A DNA stretch of 64,000 nucleotides from Eledone cirrhosa (taxonomy: Eukaryota): contig OZ024753.1 of NCBI GenBank assembly GCA_964016885.1, positions 36,890,001-36,954,000 of the forward strand, in the 5' to 3' direction. Position 1 is the stretch's first letter. Each line of letters begins with the position of its first letter. The notes below the pieces were generated by a model. That model made no database searches. It saw nothing but the letters and a program-made list of their open reading frames with translations, and was not told where the DNA came from. Made by a program: the position numbers and the translations under genes. Of this stretch, positions 1-14,420 are shown piece by piece.

Positions 1-7
1 CATATAT

Positions 8-460
<453 letters not shown>

Positions 461-525
461 TATTTATATAGATATACATATATATATATATATATACATA
501 TACACACTCACACACACACACACAC

Positions 526-570
<45 letters not shown>

Positions 571-934
571 AGAGTATTGAAGTTTGCTTGAAGCATTGTG
601 GAACAATAAGTAAATATCTTTGAGTCGTTTGGAAGCCTCGACAATGCAAATGGTTAAATCTCCGGGTAACAAGGTCCGGTGGTGGAGAGAGAGATGTAAG
701 TGGGTGTACGTTGAGATGCGTGGTGTGTATAAGATGTGTGGGATGTGTAGAATGAAGGGAAGAGTATAAAGGATAAAAATAAAAATAACAACACAAGAGA
801 GAGTTACCTTGGGAGAGATTTAATAGTCCCTATATATTTCGGATTCACATCCATCAACTGGGGTTTTTTTCCGGGGTGGTGGAAAAGGTTTTCTGTCGGA
901 CAAGTCCGGAACGCGTCTTACGCTGTTTGTTGTT

Positions 935-989
<55 letters not shown>

Positions 990-990
<1 letters not shown>

Positions 991-1156
991 CGAAGGAAAT
1001 GTGGTAAGGAACCAGGTGGACCATAACGCACCAAAGTACTCAATACTTGGGGTAGTAGAGTGGGTAATAGGAACCAGTAAGACCCCGACAGCTGAGCTCA
1101 AGCCGTTTCGACGGCTAATTCTGAGTCCAGAATTAGCCGTCGGGGTCTTACTGGTT

Positions 1157-1160
<4 letters not shown>
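990..1160 (-). mobile_element. Family A palindromic mini-element (hammerhead 3' half, CUGANGA missing)
   Basis: Same sequence as 8558-8750. The minus strand reads stem II-GAAA-CGGCT..AGCTG-TC-GGGGTC; TA flanks. Confidence 0.7.
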
Positions 1161-1204
<44 letters not shown>

Positions 1205-1320
1205 GTAGAAATATCCAGGACCCCCAGAAGAGAACTGATGAAGGAAAATTTTCTCCCCTGCTTTCTTCATTTATAAGTACACCTTATTCAACAACTACAC
1301 ATCCTCCTGTTTCTTCTTCT

Positions 1321-1353
<33 letters not shown>

Positions 1354-1409
1354 TAAAGAAAGGACAAGACAACGAACGGAAACAAAACAAAATAATTTTT
1401 TAAGGGGAA

Positions 1410-1808
1410 ACTCTATTCTATCGACCCCTTTCGAAGGATGAAAGGCAAAGCTAACCTCGGCGGGATTTGAACTCAGAACATAAAGGCCGAAGTGTTGTAC
1501 CGTAAAGCATGTTGTACGACACTCTACCTATATTGCCAATCCACCGCTCTGATAATAATAATAATAATAATAACGATTTCATTATTAGCTACACAGGGCT
1601 GACATTACGGAAACAGCAATAATAATAATTGTTTCTACATTAGGCACAAGGCCAGCAATTACACCAGTGTATTACTGGTACTTTATTTTATCGACCCCGT
1701 AAGGATGAAAGGCAAAGTTAACCTCGCGGGATTTGAACTCAGAATGGCAAGGGCTGTAACTCTATGCGTCAAATCATGGCGTCCGACCCTCTACCGATAC
1801 TGCCAAAT
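1410..1808 (-). mobile_element. Two copies of a tRNA-derived SINE (~190 bp family)
   Basis: Reverse complement of TGGCAGTATCGG (A box), GAGTTCAAATCC (B box) and ACTTTGCCTTTCATCCTTACGGGGTCGATAAAATAAAGTACC core at ~1410-1548 and ~1626-1808. Confidence 0.85.
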
Positions 1809-2294
1809 TATAATAATAGATTGTATATGTCTTATAAATCTGCAGATGTGCTTCCTGTGGCATTATATGCATAACATATTGATGGCGAAAGTTCACTGGG
1901 GTAAAGCAATGATGTGCATACATAGTATTATGTTTTATATTTTATTTGTAATTATTTGTAATTATTTGTGCACATGTTGTTGTAGGGATTCTTTTGCCAT
2001 TTACTTTTTTTTTTTGTTTTTTTTGTTATATTCTCACATATGTGAAAGAAAGAAGTTAACATATATCTCACCCACTATTACAGTGTGGCTTGCATTTCAG
2101 AATCCTCAGTCTGTGAGACCAATTAAATATTATTGTAAAAACTACGTACACAGATAAAGCCGCTCTACAGATGTTGAGTGAAATTAAATTGTGTCATCTT
2201 CTATAGTATAGCATACTGTATGCATGTATGTATAGTTCCGTAACTCCTGCGGGGGTTTTAACGGGCGAGACATATTGACATACGGCGTTTCTAT

Positions 2295-4512
2295 TAGTGT
2301 CATTTTAGTCATTTATGATGCCGTTTTAGCCATTTAGTCATTTATGATGACGTTTTAGACATTTATGATGACGTTTTAGGAATTTTAGTCATTCATGATG
2401 CCGTGTTAGCAATTTAAGGTTCATTTTAATCATTTTGACTAAAATGGCTAAAACGGCATCATAAATGACTAAAACATCATCATAAATGACTAAAATAACT
2501 AAAACGTCATAATAAAAGACTAAAATGGCTAAAACGGCATCATAAATAACTAAAATGGCTAAAATGGCATCATCAATGACTAAATCGGCTTCATAAATGA
2601 CTAAAATGGCTAAAACGTCATCATAAATGACTAAAATGGCTAAAACGGCATCATAAATGGCTAAATTGATAATAAAATGGCTAAAACGGCATCATAAATG
2701 ATTAAAATGAACCTAAATTGCTAACATGGCATCATGAATGACTAAAATTCTAAAACGTCATCATAAATGTCTAAAACGTCATCATAAATGACTAAAAAGG
2801 CTAAAACGGCATCATAAATAACTAAAATGGCTAATATGGCATCATAAATTACTAAAATGACTCTAAAATGGCTAAATGTCATCATCGATGACTAAAATGG
2901 CTAAAACGTCATCATAAATGACTGAAATGGCTAAAACGGCATCATAAATGACTAAAATGGCTAAAATGACATCATAAATGACTAAAACGCATTCATAAGT
3001 GACTAAAATGGCTAAAACGTTATCATAAATGACTAAAACGTGATCATAAATGACTAAAATGGCTAAAACGGCATCATAAATGAGTAAAATGGCTAAAATG
3101 GCATCATGAATGAGTAAAATGACACAAAAATGGCTAAAGCGTCATAATCAATGACTAAAATGGCTAAAACGTCATTATAAATGACTAAAATGGCTAAAAC
3201 GGCATCATAAATGACGGAAATGTCTAAAACATCATCATAAATGACTAAAGTGGCTAAAACAGGATCATAAATGACTAAAATGGCTAAAATGGCATCATAA
3301 ATTACTAAACGGCTTCATAAATGAGTAAAATGGCTAAAACATCATTATAAATGACTAAAACGTCATCATAAATGGTTATATCGGCATCATAAATGACTAA
3401 AATGGCTAAAATGGCATCATAAATGACTAAAACGTCTTTATAAATGACTAAAATGGCTAAAACGTCATCATAAATTACTAAAACGTCATCATAAATGATT
3501 AAAATGAACCTTATATCGCTAACAAGGCATCATGAATGACTAAAATTCCTAAAAACGTCATCATAAATGTCTAAAACGTTATCATAAATGACTAAAAAGG
3601 CTAAAATGGCATCATAAATGACTTAAATGACTCTAAAATGGCTAAAACGTCATCATAAATGACTAAAATGTCATCATAAATGACTAAAACGTCATCATTA
3701 ATAACTAAAATGGCTAAAACGTCATTATAATTGACTAAAATCGCTAAAATGGCATCATAAGTCACAAAAACGGCTTCATAAATGACTAAAATGACTAAAA
3801 CGTCATCATCAATCACTAAAGTGGCTAAAACTTCATCATCAATTACTAAAATGGTTAAAACGACATCATTAATGGTTAAAATGACTATAAAATGGCTAAA
3901 ACGTCATCATAAAGGACTAAAATGTCTAAAACGTCATCATAAATGTCTAAAGCCTCATCATAAATTACTAAAGTGGCTAAAACGGTATCATAAATAACTA
4001 AAATGGCTAAAATGGCATCATAAATGACTAAAACGTCATCATAAATGGCTAAAATGGCATCATAAATGACTAAAACGGCTTCATAAATGACTAAAATCGC
4101 TACAACGTCATCATAAATGACTAAAACGTCATCATAGATGACTAAAATGGCTAAAACGGCATCATAAATTACTAAAATGGCTAAAATCGCATCATAAATG
4201 ACTAAAACGGCTTCATAAATGACTAAAATGGCTAAAACGTCTTCATAAATGACTAAGACGTCATCATAAATGACTAAAATGGCTAAAACGGCTTCATGAA
4301 TGGCTAAATTTACTCTAAAATGGCTAAAACGGCATCATAAATGACTAAAATGACAGTAAAATGGCTAAAACGGCATCATAAATTACTAAAATGACACTAT
4401 AATGGCTAAAATGGCATCATAAATGACTAAAATGACACTAAAATGGCTAACACGGCCTCATGAATGTCTAAAATTCCTAAAACGTCATCATAAATTCCTA
4501 AAATATCATCAT
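2295..4512. repeat. Complex satellite of 10/11-bp subunits (ATGACTAAAA/TGGCTAAAAC/GGCATCATAA) with inverted start
   Basis: 21-31 bp periodicity. 2295-2436 is the reverse complement of the rest. Rare variant AATGATTAAAATGAACC recurs at ~2697 and ~3494. Confidence 0.9.
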
Positions 4513-4592
4513 AAAATTAAAAATTAACTTACTTACTAAGATTTTCACTCAGGTAAGTTAATTTTTAATTTTTAAAATGTTCTTATTTTACG

Positions 4593-5117
<525 letters not shown>

Positions 5118-5156
5118 GGTAGAAGACTGGAGGGTGATATCCATATATATATATAT

Positions 5157-5390
5157 GGTGGGTGTAGGAAGTTCAGGCGCAGAAATAAACTGTAATTATA
5201 GTCAGTTTGTATAAAATACCTTATAACGATCTGGTAAAGACCCCTAAAGATAGAAAAATGTTGGCTGTAGGAGCTATGAATAATCGAACCTTGTATCTCT
5301 CAGATACTGGTTAGGTGCTCTAAACATTGAGCGTTGGATGAAAATTGCCTCGGTATTTGTTCCAACTAATACAGCTCTGAGTTCAAATCC
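5157..5390 (-). mobile_element. Degenerate dispersed repeat with tRNA-like segment (related copy 22068-22203)
   Basis: Shared GGTAAAGACCC..AAAA..GAAAAA..GAACC.T.TATCT..CAGAT segment. The minus strand of the 22 kb copy has B-box-like GGTTCAATTCC. Confidence 0.45.
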
Positions 5391-5443
5391 CATATATATA
5401 TATATATACACACACACATATATATATATATATATACACATAC

Positions 5444-5520
<77 letters not shown>

Positions 5521-5778
5521 GAAAGGTATGAGAAAAAGAAAAAATTAAATAGAGACTATAAAAACAAATAATCTTTAACTTAATTGTTTAAATAGAGACT
5601 AACTAATGTAAATGAATGACTTTGAGTAGAGTGTATGTACCTATATATATATATATATATATATATTATGTATACAGATATATAGTATGTATATTGTGTA
5701 TATATTTATATATATATATATATACCTATATATATATGCATATATATATATTTATGTATATATATATATGTTTATGTG

Positions 5779-5878
<100 letters not shown>

Positions 5879-5962
5879 TATATATAAATATAAATATTTA
5901 TATATATAAATATATATATTTATGTATATATATATATGTTTATGTGTATATATATATATATG

Positions 5963-6006
<44 letters not shown>

Positions 6007-6022
6007 TATGTGTGTGTGTGTG

Positions 6023-6110
<88 letters not shown>

Positions 6111-6136
6111 TATATATTTATGTATATATATATGTT

Positions 6137-6181
<45 letters not shown>

Positions 6182-6219
6182 ATATATATGTGTGTGTGTG
6201 TGTCTGTGTGTGTGTGAAT

Positions 6220-6311
<92 letters not shown>

Positions 6312-6780
6312 AAACTGATATTTGATATGTAAATGTGTTTGATAGGAAATTAAAAACAAAGCTGCAATGTATACAATGGTCTACACCCATCATCTAAACA
6401 CCAGATGGCTAAAAATAACAGAGCTATGGGTAAACCTATGTCCCCATGTGTGTGTATCCCTCTCTACGTGCACCACCTTCCCATGCACATGTGTGTGTGT
6501 GTGTGTGTATGTGTGTCCGTTGGTGTGTGTGTATATATAAGAAAATTCAACAAAGATAAAACATGAGAAGTGTACAATACATTATGGTATATATTAGTTT
6601 AATGCTTAAAATAGTAAGAAAGTAGCGTTAGTGTTTCGGACGTTAGTCCTTTCTTAGAAATTAGGATGAGAGAGAGAAAATGTGATCATTGGAAGATAGG
6701 AGAAAAGTAGGAAGATAAACGAAAGTAAGAAAGGAAAACATTATGTGAGTAGTTAGTCACCAATTTATATATATATATAT

Positions 6781-6931
6781 AGTGGTGGAACACTGGAAGG
6801 TAATATCCGTAGTGGTAGAGCACTCAGTCCATCGGACGAGTTAGGTAGAAGTGGTTACACTACAGTTAGTTCACCAGACCGAGAAACAATTGTTTCACCT
6901 TAGCGGATCCACAGCTCGTAATGGACATGGT
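6781..6931. mobile_element. Short (TA)n-embedded repeat family (second copy 55118-55226)
   Basis: AGTGGT.GAACACT.GAAGGTAA..T.CGTAGTGGTAGAGCACTCAGTCCAT shared between both copies; TA flanks. Confidence 0.7.
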
Positions 6932-6945
6932 TATATATATATATA

Positions 6946-7715
6946 AATGTTGCTGCTCCCACTCCTTAGTCCTGTTTTAATCAAGAAAACACCGGGTGTG
7001 CTCAATCGAACGACTGTTAGGTGACCCTCAAACGCCTTGCAGTTGGAACATAGTATACGCAACGATTAATTCTGTTCAAAAGCGGTATACTGTTCTCTAT
7101 CTCGACCATTTTCTTTTTTCTTCTAAGAGAAATTTATGTGGACACATCGAGACAACTCCAGCAAATGTTTAAAAACGTTCTGAATTAAATTTACCATTAG
7201 TTAATTTGAAAAATTCCTGAAATAACAGGAAAAACTTAAGAAATATTAGGTTTTCTTAATAAAGCACACAACTTCTATAAAAGAAACGCATTTTTATTTA
7301 CAATAATAATTTCTATAGAATCAAAACATAACGTGAACACTGAACACTGAATATTGAACACTATTTTTGTATAAGAGAGGATTTAGTGGCAGTTGGGTAT
7401 GTTTTACCGTTTTCGGTAACGATCTGTAAAACAAATTGTGTCTCAGTTTCATCTTTTATGAGAATGTAATTGTAATCCTGAATGAGTTTGACACCTCTTT
7501 CTGCAACATCATTCACAACAAATGTCTTCTCAGGTTTTTCAAGTCATTTTTGTAACCAGGATCATCCTTCCATGTTGAAGCGTCTTTGTCGAGGCAATCG
7601 GTGCTGATAGAAAATCTCGTGAAGAATGTTTTTGTACCAGGAGTTACAAAAGACGAAAACTCGATGTTTGTAAAGGAAGAAAAATCATTTTGGGGCAGAA
7701 TGTACCTCTTCAGTT
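6946..7715 (-). pseudogene. DNA transposase C-terminal relic, probably hATm-type, with 3' flank
   Basis: Minus strand FVTPGTKTFFTRFSISTDCLDKDASTWKDDP, then a frameshift to VNDVAERGVKLIQDYNYILIKDE. Shares TTGCTGCTCCCAC and CGCCTTGCAGTTG with the MITE at 8161. Family assignment is from motif memory. Confidence 0.6.
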
Positions 7716-8001
7716 GATTTTTTTTTTTCTTCCTCTTCTTCACCTTTGACTGCTTCAGCATAACTTGAGCAATATTTGCCTTAACCTCTCCTTGCTTTCT
7801 TTGCTCGCCTTTTCTCATTGTTCTGCTTTTATCCTTGCTCTCCTTTTATCCTTGCTCTCGTTGCTCTCGTTGCTCTCGTTGCTCTCCTTTTCTCCTTACT
7901 CTCCTTGCTCTCGTTGCTCTCCCTTTCTCTTTCTATCTATGTACTTGTTTATATACAAATACAATGAGAAAAGGGGAGCAAGGAGAAATATGAAAGCAAG
8001 G

Positions 8002-8032
<31 letters not shown>

Positions 8033-8100
8033 ATGTATGTATATATTACTCAAAACCGAGTACTCATTTCTCTCAGCTGTCAACCACATACGGATATATA

Positions 8101-8156
<56 letters not shown>

Positions 8157-8160
8157 ATAT

Positions 8161-8519
8161 TAGGGTGGCACTTAGTAATAGGTAATTTTCTAAAAGTTAA
8201 AATTTTGCTGCTCCCACAGCGAAAAATAGGTGTTTGCCCTATACCTGCGCTCTGTCTCCAGCTTTGCGAGTTGCCTTCCACATTATATTTGTCACTTATC
8301 CTTCTAATACCAAGAATAAGTCTGAACAAGAGATTTTAAAAAATGATCTGAAAAAATGACTTTCCGGGCGAAAACTTCAAAATTTCACGGTCGATCAGAG
8401 TCGCCTTGCAGTTGTCCGCTTGAGCTAAAGTTTTGCATAGATTGGTCATTTTGTTAATTGGAATAAGATAGAGCGGTGGGAGCTAACTTTTAGAAAGTTG
8501 AAAAATAAGAGCCACCCTA
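8161..8519. mobile_element. MITE with TAGGGTGGC termini (hATm-like)
   Basis: TIR TAGGGTGGCACTTA / TAAGAGCCACCCTA plus subterminal inverted TTTCTAAAAGTTA / TAACTTTTAGAAA; inserted in (TA)n. Confidence 0.8.
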
Positions 8520-8557
8520 ATATATATATATATATACTGTATATATATATATATATA

Positions 8558-8750
8558 TAGGAACAAGTAAGACCCCGACGGCTGAGCTCAAGCCGTTTCG
8601 ACGGCTAATTCTGTCAGAATTAGCCGTCGAAACGGCTTGAGCTCAGCCGTCGGGGTCTTACTTGTTCCTATTACCCACTCTACTACCCTAAGTATTGAGT
8701 ACTTTGGTGCGTTATGGTCCACCTGGTTCCTTACCACATTTCCTTCGTTA
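8558..8750 (+). mobile_element. Family A palindromic mini-element with tail
   Basis: Perfect palindrome 8558-8613 / 8615-8670, then an 80-bp tail. Contains GTC-GAAA-CGGCT(TGAGCTC)AGCCG-TC-GGGGTC. Confidence 0.75.
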
Positions 8751-8911
8751 TATATATATATATTATATATATATATATATATAGTGTAATTCATTATATA
8801 GACAAGATGATTGTTATGACATCATTTCTACACCAATAGCAAGCAACAAAGGTGTAATGATACAATAACAACAACAATAAAAACAACATCAGCATTCATT
8901 ATTATTTGGTA

Positions 8912-9098
8912 AAGGTGGATTGGCAGTATCGGTAGAGGGTCGGACGCCATGCTTTCCAGCATAGTTACGTCCCTTTACGAACTGAGTTTCAAATCCCGCC
9001 GAGGTTGACTTTGCCTTCATCCTTACGGGGTCGATAAAATAAAGTACCAGTAATGTACTAGGTAATTGCTGGCCTTGTGCCTAAAGTAGAAACAATTA
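8912..9098 (+). mobile_element. tRNA-derived SINE (~190 bp family)
   Basis: A box, B box, conserved core and ATT tail. Confidence 0.85.
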
Positions 9099-9111
9099 TT
9101 ATTACTATATA

Positions 9112-9142
<31 letters not shown>

Positions 9143-9145
<3 letters not shown>

Positions 9146-9399
9146 GATATTAACAAATGGAAACTATATTTATAAAACCATATTTATTTTATTATACATA
9201 TTTCAAGGATACCATGTTAAATTATGGTATGCCTTCATCAGACAAAATACAATATATACCAGTTTTATAAATAAACATTGACGTACCCTTTCAAAATGCA
9301 ACCGTTACTTTTGGAAGACATCAGGATAGATTGTCGAGTGCTTTATATCAGTTATAAAAATATTTGCTTGTAGTATCCCAACAATTTAAATAGAACTTT

Positions 9400-9403
<4 letters not shown>
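9143..9403 (-). mobile_element. Family P hammerhead-bearing mini-element (other copies 20242-20541; fragments 50870-50928, 53778-53916)
   Basis: Multi-copy, TA-flanked, contains the HHR at 9185-9249. Confidence 0.7.
9185..9249 (-). ncRNA. Type-I hammerhead ribozyme, minimal stem III
   Basis: rc: TATTTTGT-CTGATGA-AGGCATACCA..TGGTATCCTT-GAAA-TATGTA-TA-ATAAAATA. Confidence 0.85.
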
Positions 9404-9444
<41 letters not shown>

Positions 9445-9712
9445 CTTTCTCTTTTGTTTTCGTATATTTGCTTTGTCTTTTCAGGGGGAGAGGGGGGGGG
9501 GGGGGGGGTTCTGTGTATTTTGTAATTTTTGTAAATTTTTATTTTTTTATTTGTCTGAGGAGAGCTGGTGTTGTTTTCTAACAGAGATCCCTTAGTTAGT
9601 TACTTCCTGTTTTAACGTAAAATATATAGATGAGACATGAGGAGATGATATTTCACTATATACTGGTGACCCTTTCTTATGGATAACATGTGTTTTGCCC
9701 CTGACATCGCTA

Positions 9713-9785
<73 letters not shown>

Positions 9786-9929
9786 CTCTCTCCCTCTCTC
9801 TCTGTCTTCCGAGGTGGGAAATTCGAGATCTTTTCCTCCATTTTTGAATTCTGCTGTTGGTTTTTTTGGTTTTTTGTTGTTCATTTTGTGTGTGTGTGTG
9901 TGCGTGTGTGCGTGCGTGTGTGTGGGTGT

Positions 9930-10617
9930 GGTGTGATGGTGTTGGTGACGATGATGTTGATGATGATGATGGTGGTTGTGGTGGTGGTGGTGGTGGTGGT
10001 GTTGGTGTGATGCGGTTGGTGATGATGATGATGATGATGATGTATGAATGATGATGGTGGTGGTGGTGGTGGTAATGGTGGTGGTGAGGGTGTAATGATG
10101 TTGGTGATGATGATGGTACTGATGCTGGTGGTGGTGGTGGTGGTGGTGTGATGGTAGTGGCGATGATAATGGATGTGGTGGAGATGATGAGGGTGCAAAT
10201 TTCGTTGATGGTGGTGATGATGATGTGATGGTGGTGGTGCTGATGCTGGTGGTGATGATGATGATGATTATGGTGATGCTGGTGCTGGTGGTAGTGGTGA
10301 TGATGATGGATGTTGGATGGAGTTTGTTGTAGGGGTGGTAGTGACAGTGGTAGTGGTGGAGTTTAGAAGCAGTAACGCCGAAGATGACTGTAGTGGTAGT
10401 AGTGGTAGTAGTGGTAGTAGTGGTAGTAGTGGCAGTAGTGGTAGTAGTGGTAGTAGTGGTAGTAGTTGTAGTCGAGGTAGTAGTGGTAGTAGTGGTAGTA
10501 GTGGTAGTAGTGGTGGTAGTAGTAGTAGTAGTGGTAGTAGTGGTAGTAGTGGTAGTAGTGGTAGTAGTTGTAGTCGAGGTAGTAGTGGTAGTAGTGGTAG
10601 TAGTAGTGGTAGTAGTG

Positions 10618-10675
<58 letters not shown>

Positions 10676-10734
10676 TAGTGGTAGTAGTGGTAGTAGTGGT
10701 AATAGTAGTAGTAGTGGTAGTAGTAGTAGTAGTT

Positions 10735-10801
<67 letters not shown>

Positions 10802-10821
10802 AAGTAGTAGTAGTAGTAGTT

Positions 10822-10852
<31 letters not shown>

Positions 10853-10869
10853 CAGTAGTAGTAGTAGTG

Positions 10870-10936
<67 letters not shown>

Positions 10937-10956
10937 AAGTAGTAGTAGTAGTAGTT

Positions 10957-10987
<31 letters not shown>

Positions 10988-11276
10988 CAGTAGTAGTAGT
11001 AGTGGTAGTAGTAGTAGTAGTGGTAGTAGTGGTAGTAGTGGTGATGGTGGTGACAGTGATGGTATGGTGTTACTGGTGACGATGGATGTGGTAACAACAA
11101 TGGTGTGATAGAGTTAAGATGTGAATTGATATTTTATCAACGGCCATGTTTTTTTCTTGTTTTTGTCTTTACCGGAAGTAGTATTATCGTATTGCATTTA
11201 TTGTTATTAAAGATATTGTTATTATTATTGTTATTGTTACTGGTATTGTTTGTCAGTCGTAGTGTTGCTCTTGTTA

Positions 11277-11358
<82 letters not shown>

Positions 11359-11400
11359 GGTGGTGGTGGTGGTGGTGGTGGTGGTGGTGGTTGTTGTGGC
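9930..11400. repeat. GAT/GGT/AGT trinucleotide microsatellite complex
   Basis: Direct inspection; explains the poly-S/V/Y ORFs. Confidence 0.95.
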
Positions 11401-11424
11401 TGTTGTTATTTTTATAGTGGGAGT

Positions 11425-11662
<238 letters not shown>

Positions 11663-11678
11663 CATATATATATATATG

Positions 11679-11760
<82 letters not shown>

Positions 11761-11801
11761 CGAAACATAAGTCAATTGCATGAACTCATAATCCTTTATT
11801 T

Positions 11802-11857
11802 ACTGCTATATATATTTCGATGATAGCCATTGAATGGCTATGACCTCATCAGGCAGT
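11802..11857 (-). ncRNA. Type-I hammerhead ribozyme
   Basis: rc: ACTGC-CTGATGA-GGTCATAGCCATTCAATGGCTATCATC-GAAA-TATATA-TA-GCAGT. Confidence 0.88.
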
Positions 11858-12082
11858 TAGTCAGTTCTTAGATATGCCAGCTCTGTGTTTTTTGGTGTTG
11901 ATGGTATCAGAGCCTTGGGACATATGAGCTTGTTAGGGATAATTTAATGTTGTCACTGACCAATGAGAATTAAGATTATTCCTGCTGACAACATTAAATT
12001 ATCCCTAACAAGCTCATATGTCCCAAGACTCTGAAACTATCAACACCAAAAACACAGAGCTGGCATATCTAAGAACTGACTA

Positions 12083-12138
12083 ACTGCCTGATGATGTCAT
12101 AGCCATTCAATGGCTGTCATCGAAATATATATAGCAGT
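12083..12138 (+). ncRNA. Type-I hammerhead ribozyme
   Basis: ACTGC-CTGATGA-TGTCATAGCCATTCAATGGCTGTCATC-GAAA-TATATA-TA-GCAGT; palindromic stem III. Confidence 0.85.
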
Positions 12139-12265
12139 AAATAAAGTATTATGAGTTCATGCAATTGACTCATTATTCGTCACTATTATAACTCCGGAAC
12201 TTATATCTTCGTTGAGTGCTCACTATCTGCATACTGAAGTACTGGATTTTACCAACACTTTCTTG

Positions 12266-12354
<89 letters not shown>

Positions 12355-12576
12355 GTATAGGATTATCCTAGATGTAGTAATGGTTAATTACTACACTGGA
12401 TATGGTTGACGTACGGTGAGAGGTTACTCTACGAGTTATGGAAGAATTGTTGAAGATTTGCACATATCATAACTAGGCTGTAGTACCACAGTGGAAACAT
12501 TTGTAAGCACACGGAATAAATTACCTTTTTATGATGTCTACCTGTTATTATTCATTCTATGTATGTATATATATAT

Positions 12577-12697
<121 letters not shown>

Positions 12698-12774
12698 TTT
12701 ACATATATATATACATATATATACATATACGTGTTTTGCAACTGGTCACTTTGTGATTCTATAGACATGTTTTA

Positions 12775-12820
<46 letters not shown>

Positions 12821-12899
12821 TCTGAATTTGTTTAGCAAGATTCTTTATCTGAAAACGTGTGTTGAAACCGATATTGTTATACTTTGGGAGGGTCATATA

Positions 12900-13816
12900 T
12901 ATATTCATTAGTTAAGCAAAACAAGACCACAAATTTCACAAGGAAGACATTATTAAAAGATTGTCAACATATTTTAGTTTGATGTAAGGAATGTAGAGAA
13001 TAATAATAATAATATTTTAAATATGTTAATTATTTTCAACTGAACCAAATCAATTATGATATATAGTCATCTGATCCAGAAATATTATATGGAGTAGGGA
13101 AACAATTGTAAACGGACATTATTATTATTAAAGGGTGGTGAATTGGCAGTATCGGTAGAGGGTCGGACGCCATGCTTTGCAGCATAGTTGCGTCCCTTTA
13201 CGATCTGAGTTCAAATCCCGCCGAGGTTAACTTTGCCTTTCATCCTTACGGGGTCGATAAAATAAAGTACCAGTAATGCACTGGGTAATTGCTGGCCTTG
13301 TGCCAAATGTAGAAACAATTATTATTATTAATATTATTAAGGGCGGTGAATTGGCAGTATCGGTAGAGGGTTGGACGCCATGCTTTCTAGCATAGTTACG
13401 CCCCTTTACGGTTTGAGTTCAAATTCCGCTGAGGTTAACTTTGCCTTTCATCCTTACGGGGTCGATAAAATAAAGTACCAGTAATGTACTGGGTAATTGC
13501 TGGCCTTGTGCCTAAAGTAGAAACAATTATTATTAATATTATTATTATTATTCTCTACATTCCTTACATCAAACTAAAATATGTTGACAATCTTTTAATA
13601 ATGTCTTCCTTGTGAAATTTGTGGTCTCGTTTTGCTTAACTAATGAATATTTCCAGCTCTGTGCACCTAACTTCTGCATGAACTCAGCCACTTCTACTGC
13701 ATATTGCACATTGAGCACATGCCTTTACGCTTTGGCTTCTAACTAATTCACCAATCTCTCATCTCATATCTCCTTTCCTATCTCCATCTCTCTCTTTAAG
13801 ATTGGTTACTCTTGAA

Positions 13817-13820
<4 letters not shown>
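12900..13820. mobile_element. Inverted-repeat element (arms ~12900-13010 / 13540-13651) with tail, interrupted by SINEs
   Basis: ~110-bp near-perfect inverted arms. Confidence 0.7.
13132..13530 (+). mobile_element. Tandem pair of tRNA-derived SINEs
   Basis: Two full copies, 13132-13325 and 13340-13530, each starting in an ATT tract. Confidence 0.9.
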
Positions 13821-13859
<39 letters not shown>

Positions 13860-13863
<4 letters not shown>

Positions 13864-13959
13864 GTTATTCCGGGTTGAATCGGAGGTAACCACAGTAAGT
13901 AAGGTACTCAATACATTGCAGAGTAAAGAATGAAACAGTTCTAGTCCTGTAGAATCTCA

Positions 13960-13965
<6 letters not shown>
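13860..13965. mobile_element. Family C mini-element, rearranged (hammerhead 3' half only)
   Basis: Matches 45202-45365, 51931-52135 and 54965-55092. Confidence 0.7.
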
Positions 13966-14014
<49 letters not shown>

Positions 14015-14047
14015 GTGTGAGCGTGTTTCGGAAACTGCAGTGGCCAC

Positions 14048-14168
14048 AATTGTTTCTACTTTTGACACAAGGCCAGCAATCACCCCAGTGCTTACCTCGG
14101 CGGGAATTTGAACTCAGACCATTAAGGGCAGTAACTCTTTGCTGTAAAGCATGGCGCCCGGCCCTATA
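14048..14168 (-). mobile_element. Internally deleted SINE copy
   Basis: CACAAGGCCAGCAAT..ACCTCGGCGGGAATTTGAACTCAGA. Confidence 0.7.
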
Positions 14169-14381
14169 GTTGACAATCATAGATAATTGCTGAATAAATC
14201 TGGTAAGAAGTGGACAGACGGTTGAGGGGAATGGAACCATGGATGTGAGATATGTCTGACAGGGTTGTCACAGAATTGGGACTCAATTCTTCCAAACCCT
14301 AAGCTGATAATTCTAAAAATTCAACTAACTTATATAGCTACCACGCCTTTATATATATATATATATTATATATACAATAAA

Positions 14382-14420
<39 letters not shown>

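Larger units (their letters stand above)
11757..12270 (+). mobile_element. Inverted-repeat Penelope-like mini-element, hammerhead in each arm, 3' tail
   Basis: ~200-bp arms 11757-11955 / 11985-12184 with a few mismatches, ~30-bp spacer, unpaired tail to ~12270. Confidence 0.8.

Noticed and set aside
1705-2157. 150-aa ORF as host gene
   Set aside because: Starts in an antisense SINE and continues through low-complexity AT-rich sequence.
12845-12880. CTGAAAA-CGTGTGTT-GAAA-CCGA-TA
   Set aside because: C3-A8 mismatch and no stem I; at most a relic.
14190-14345. Possible RTE C-terminal remnant
   Set aside because: Too degenerate to support by eye.
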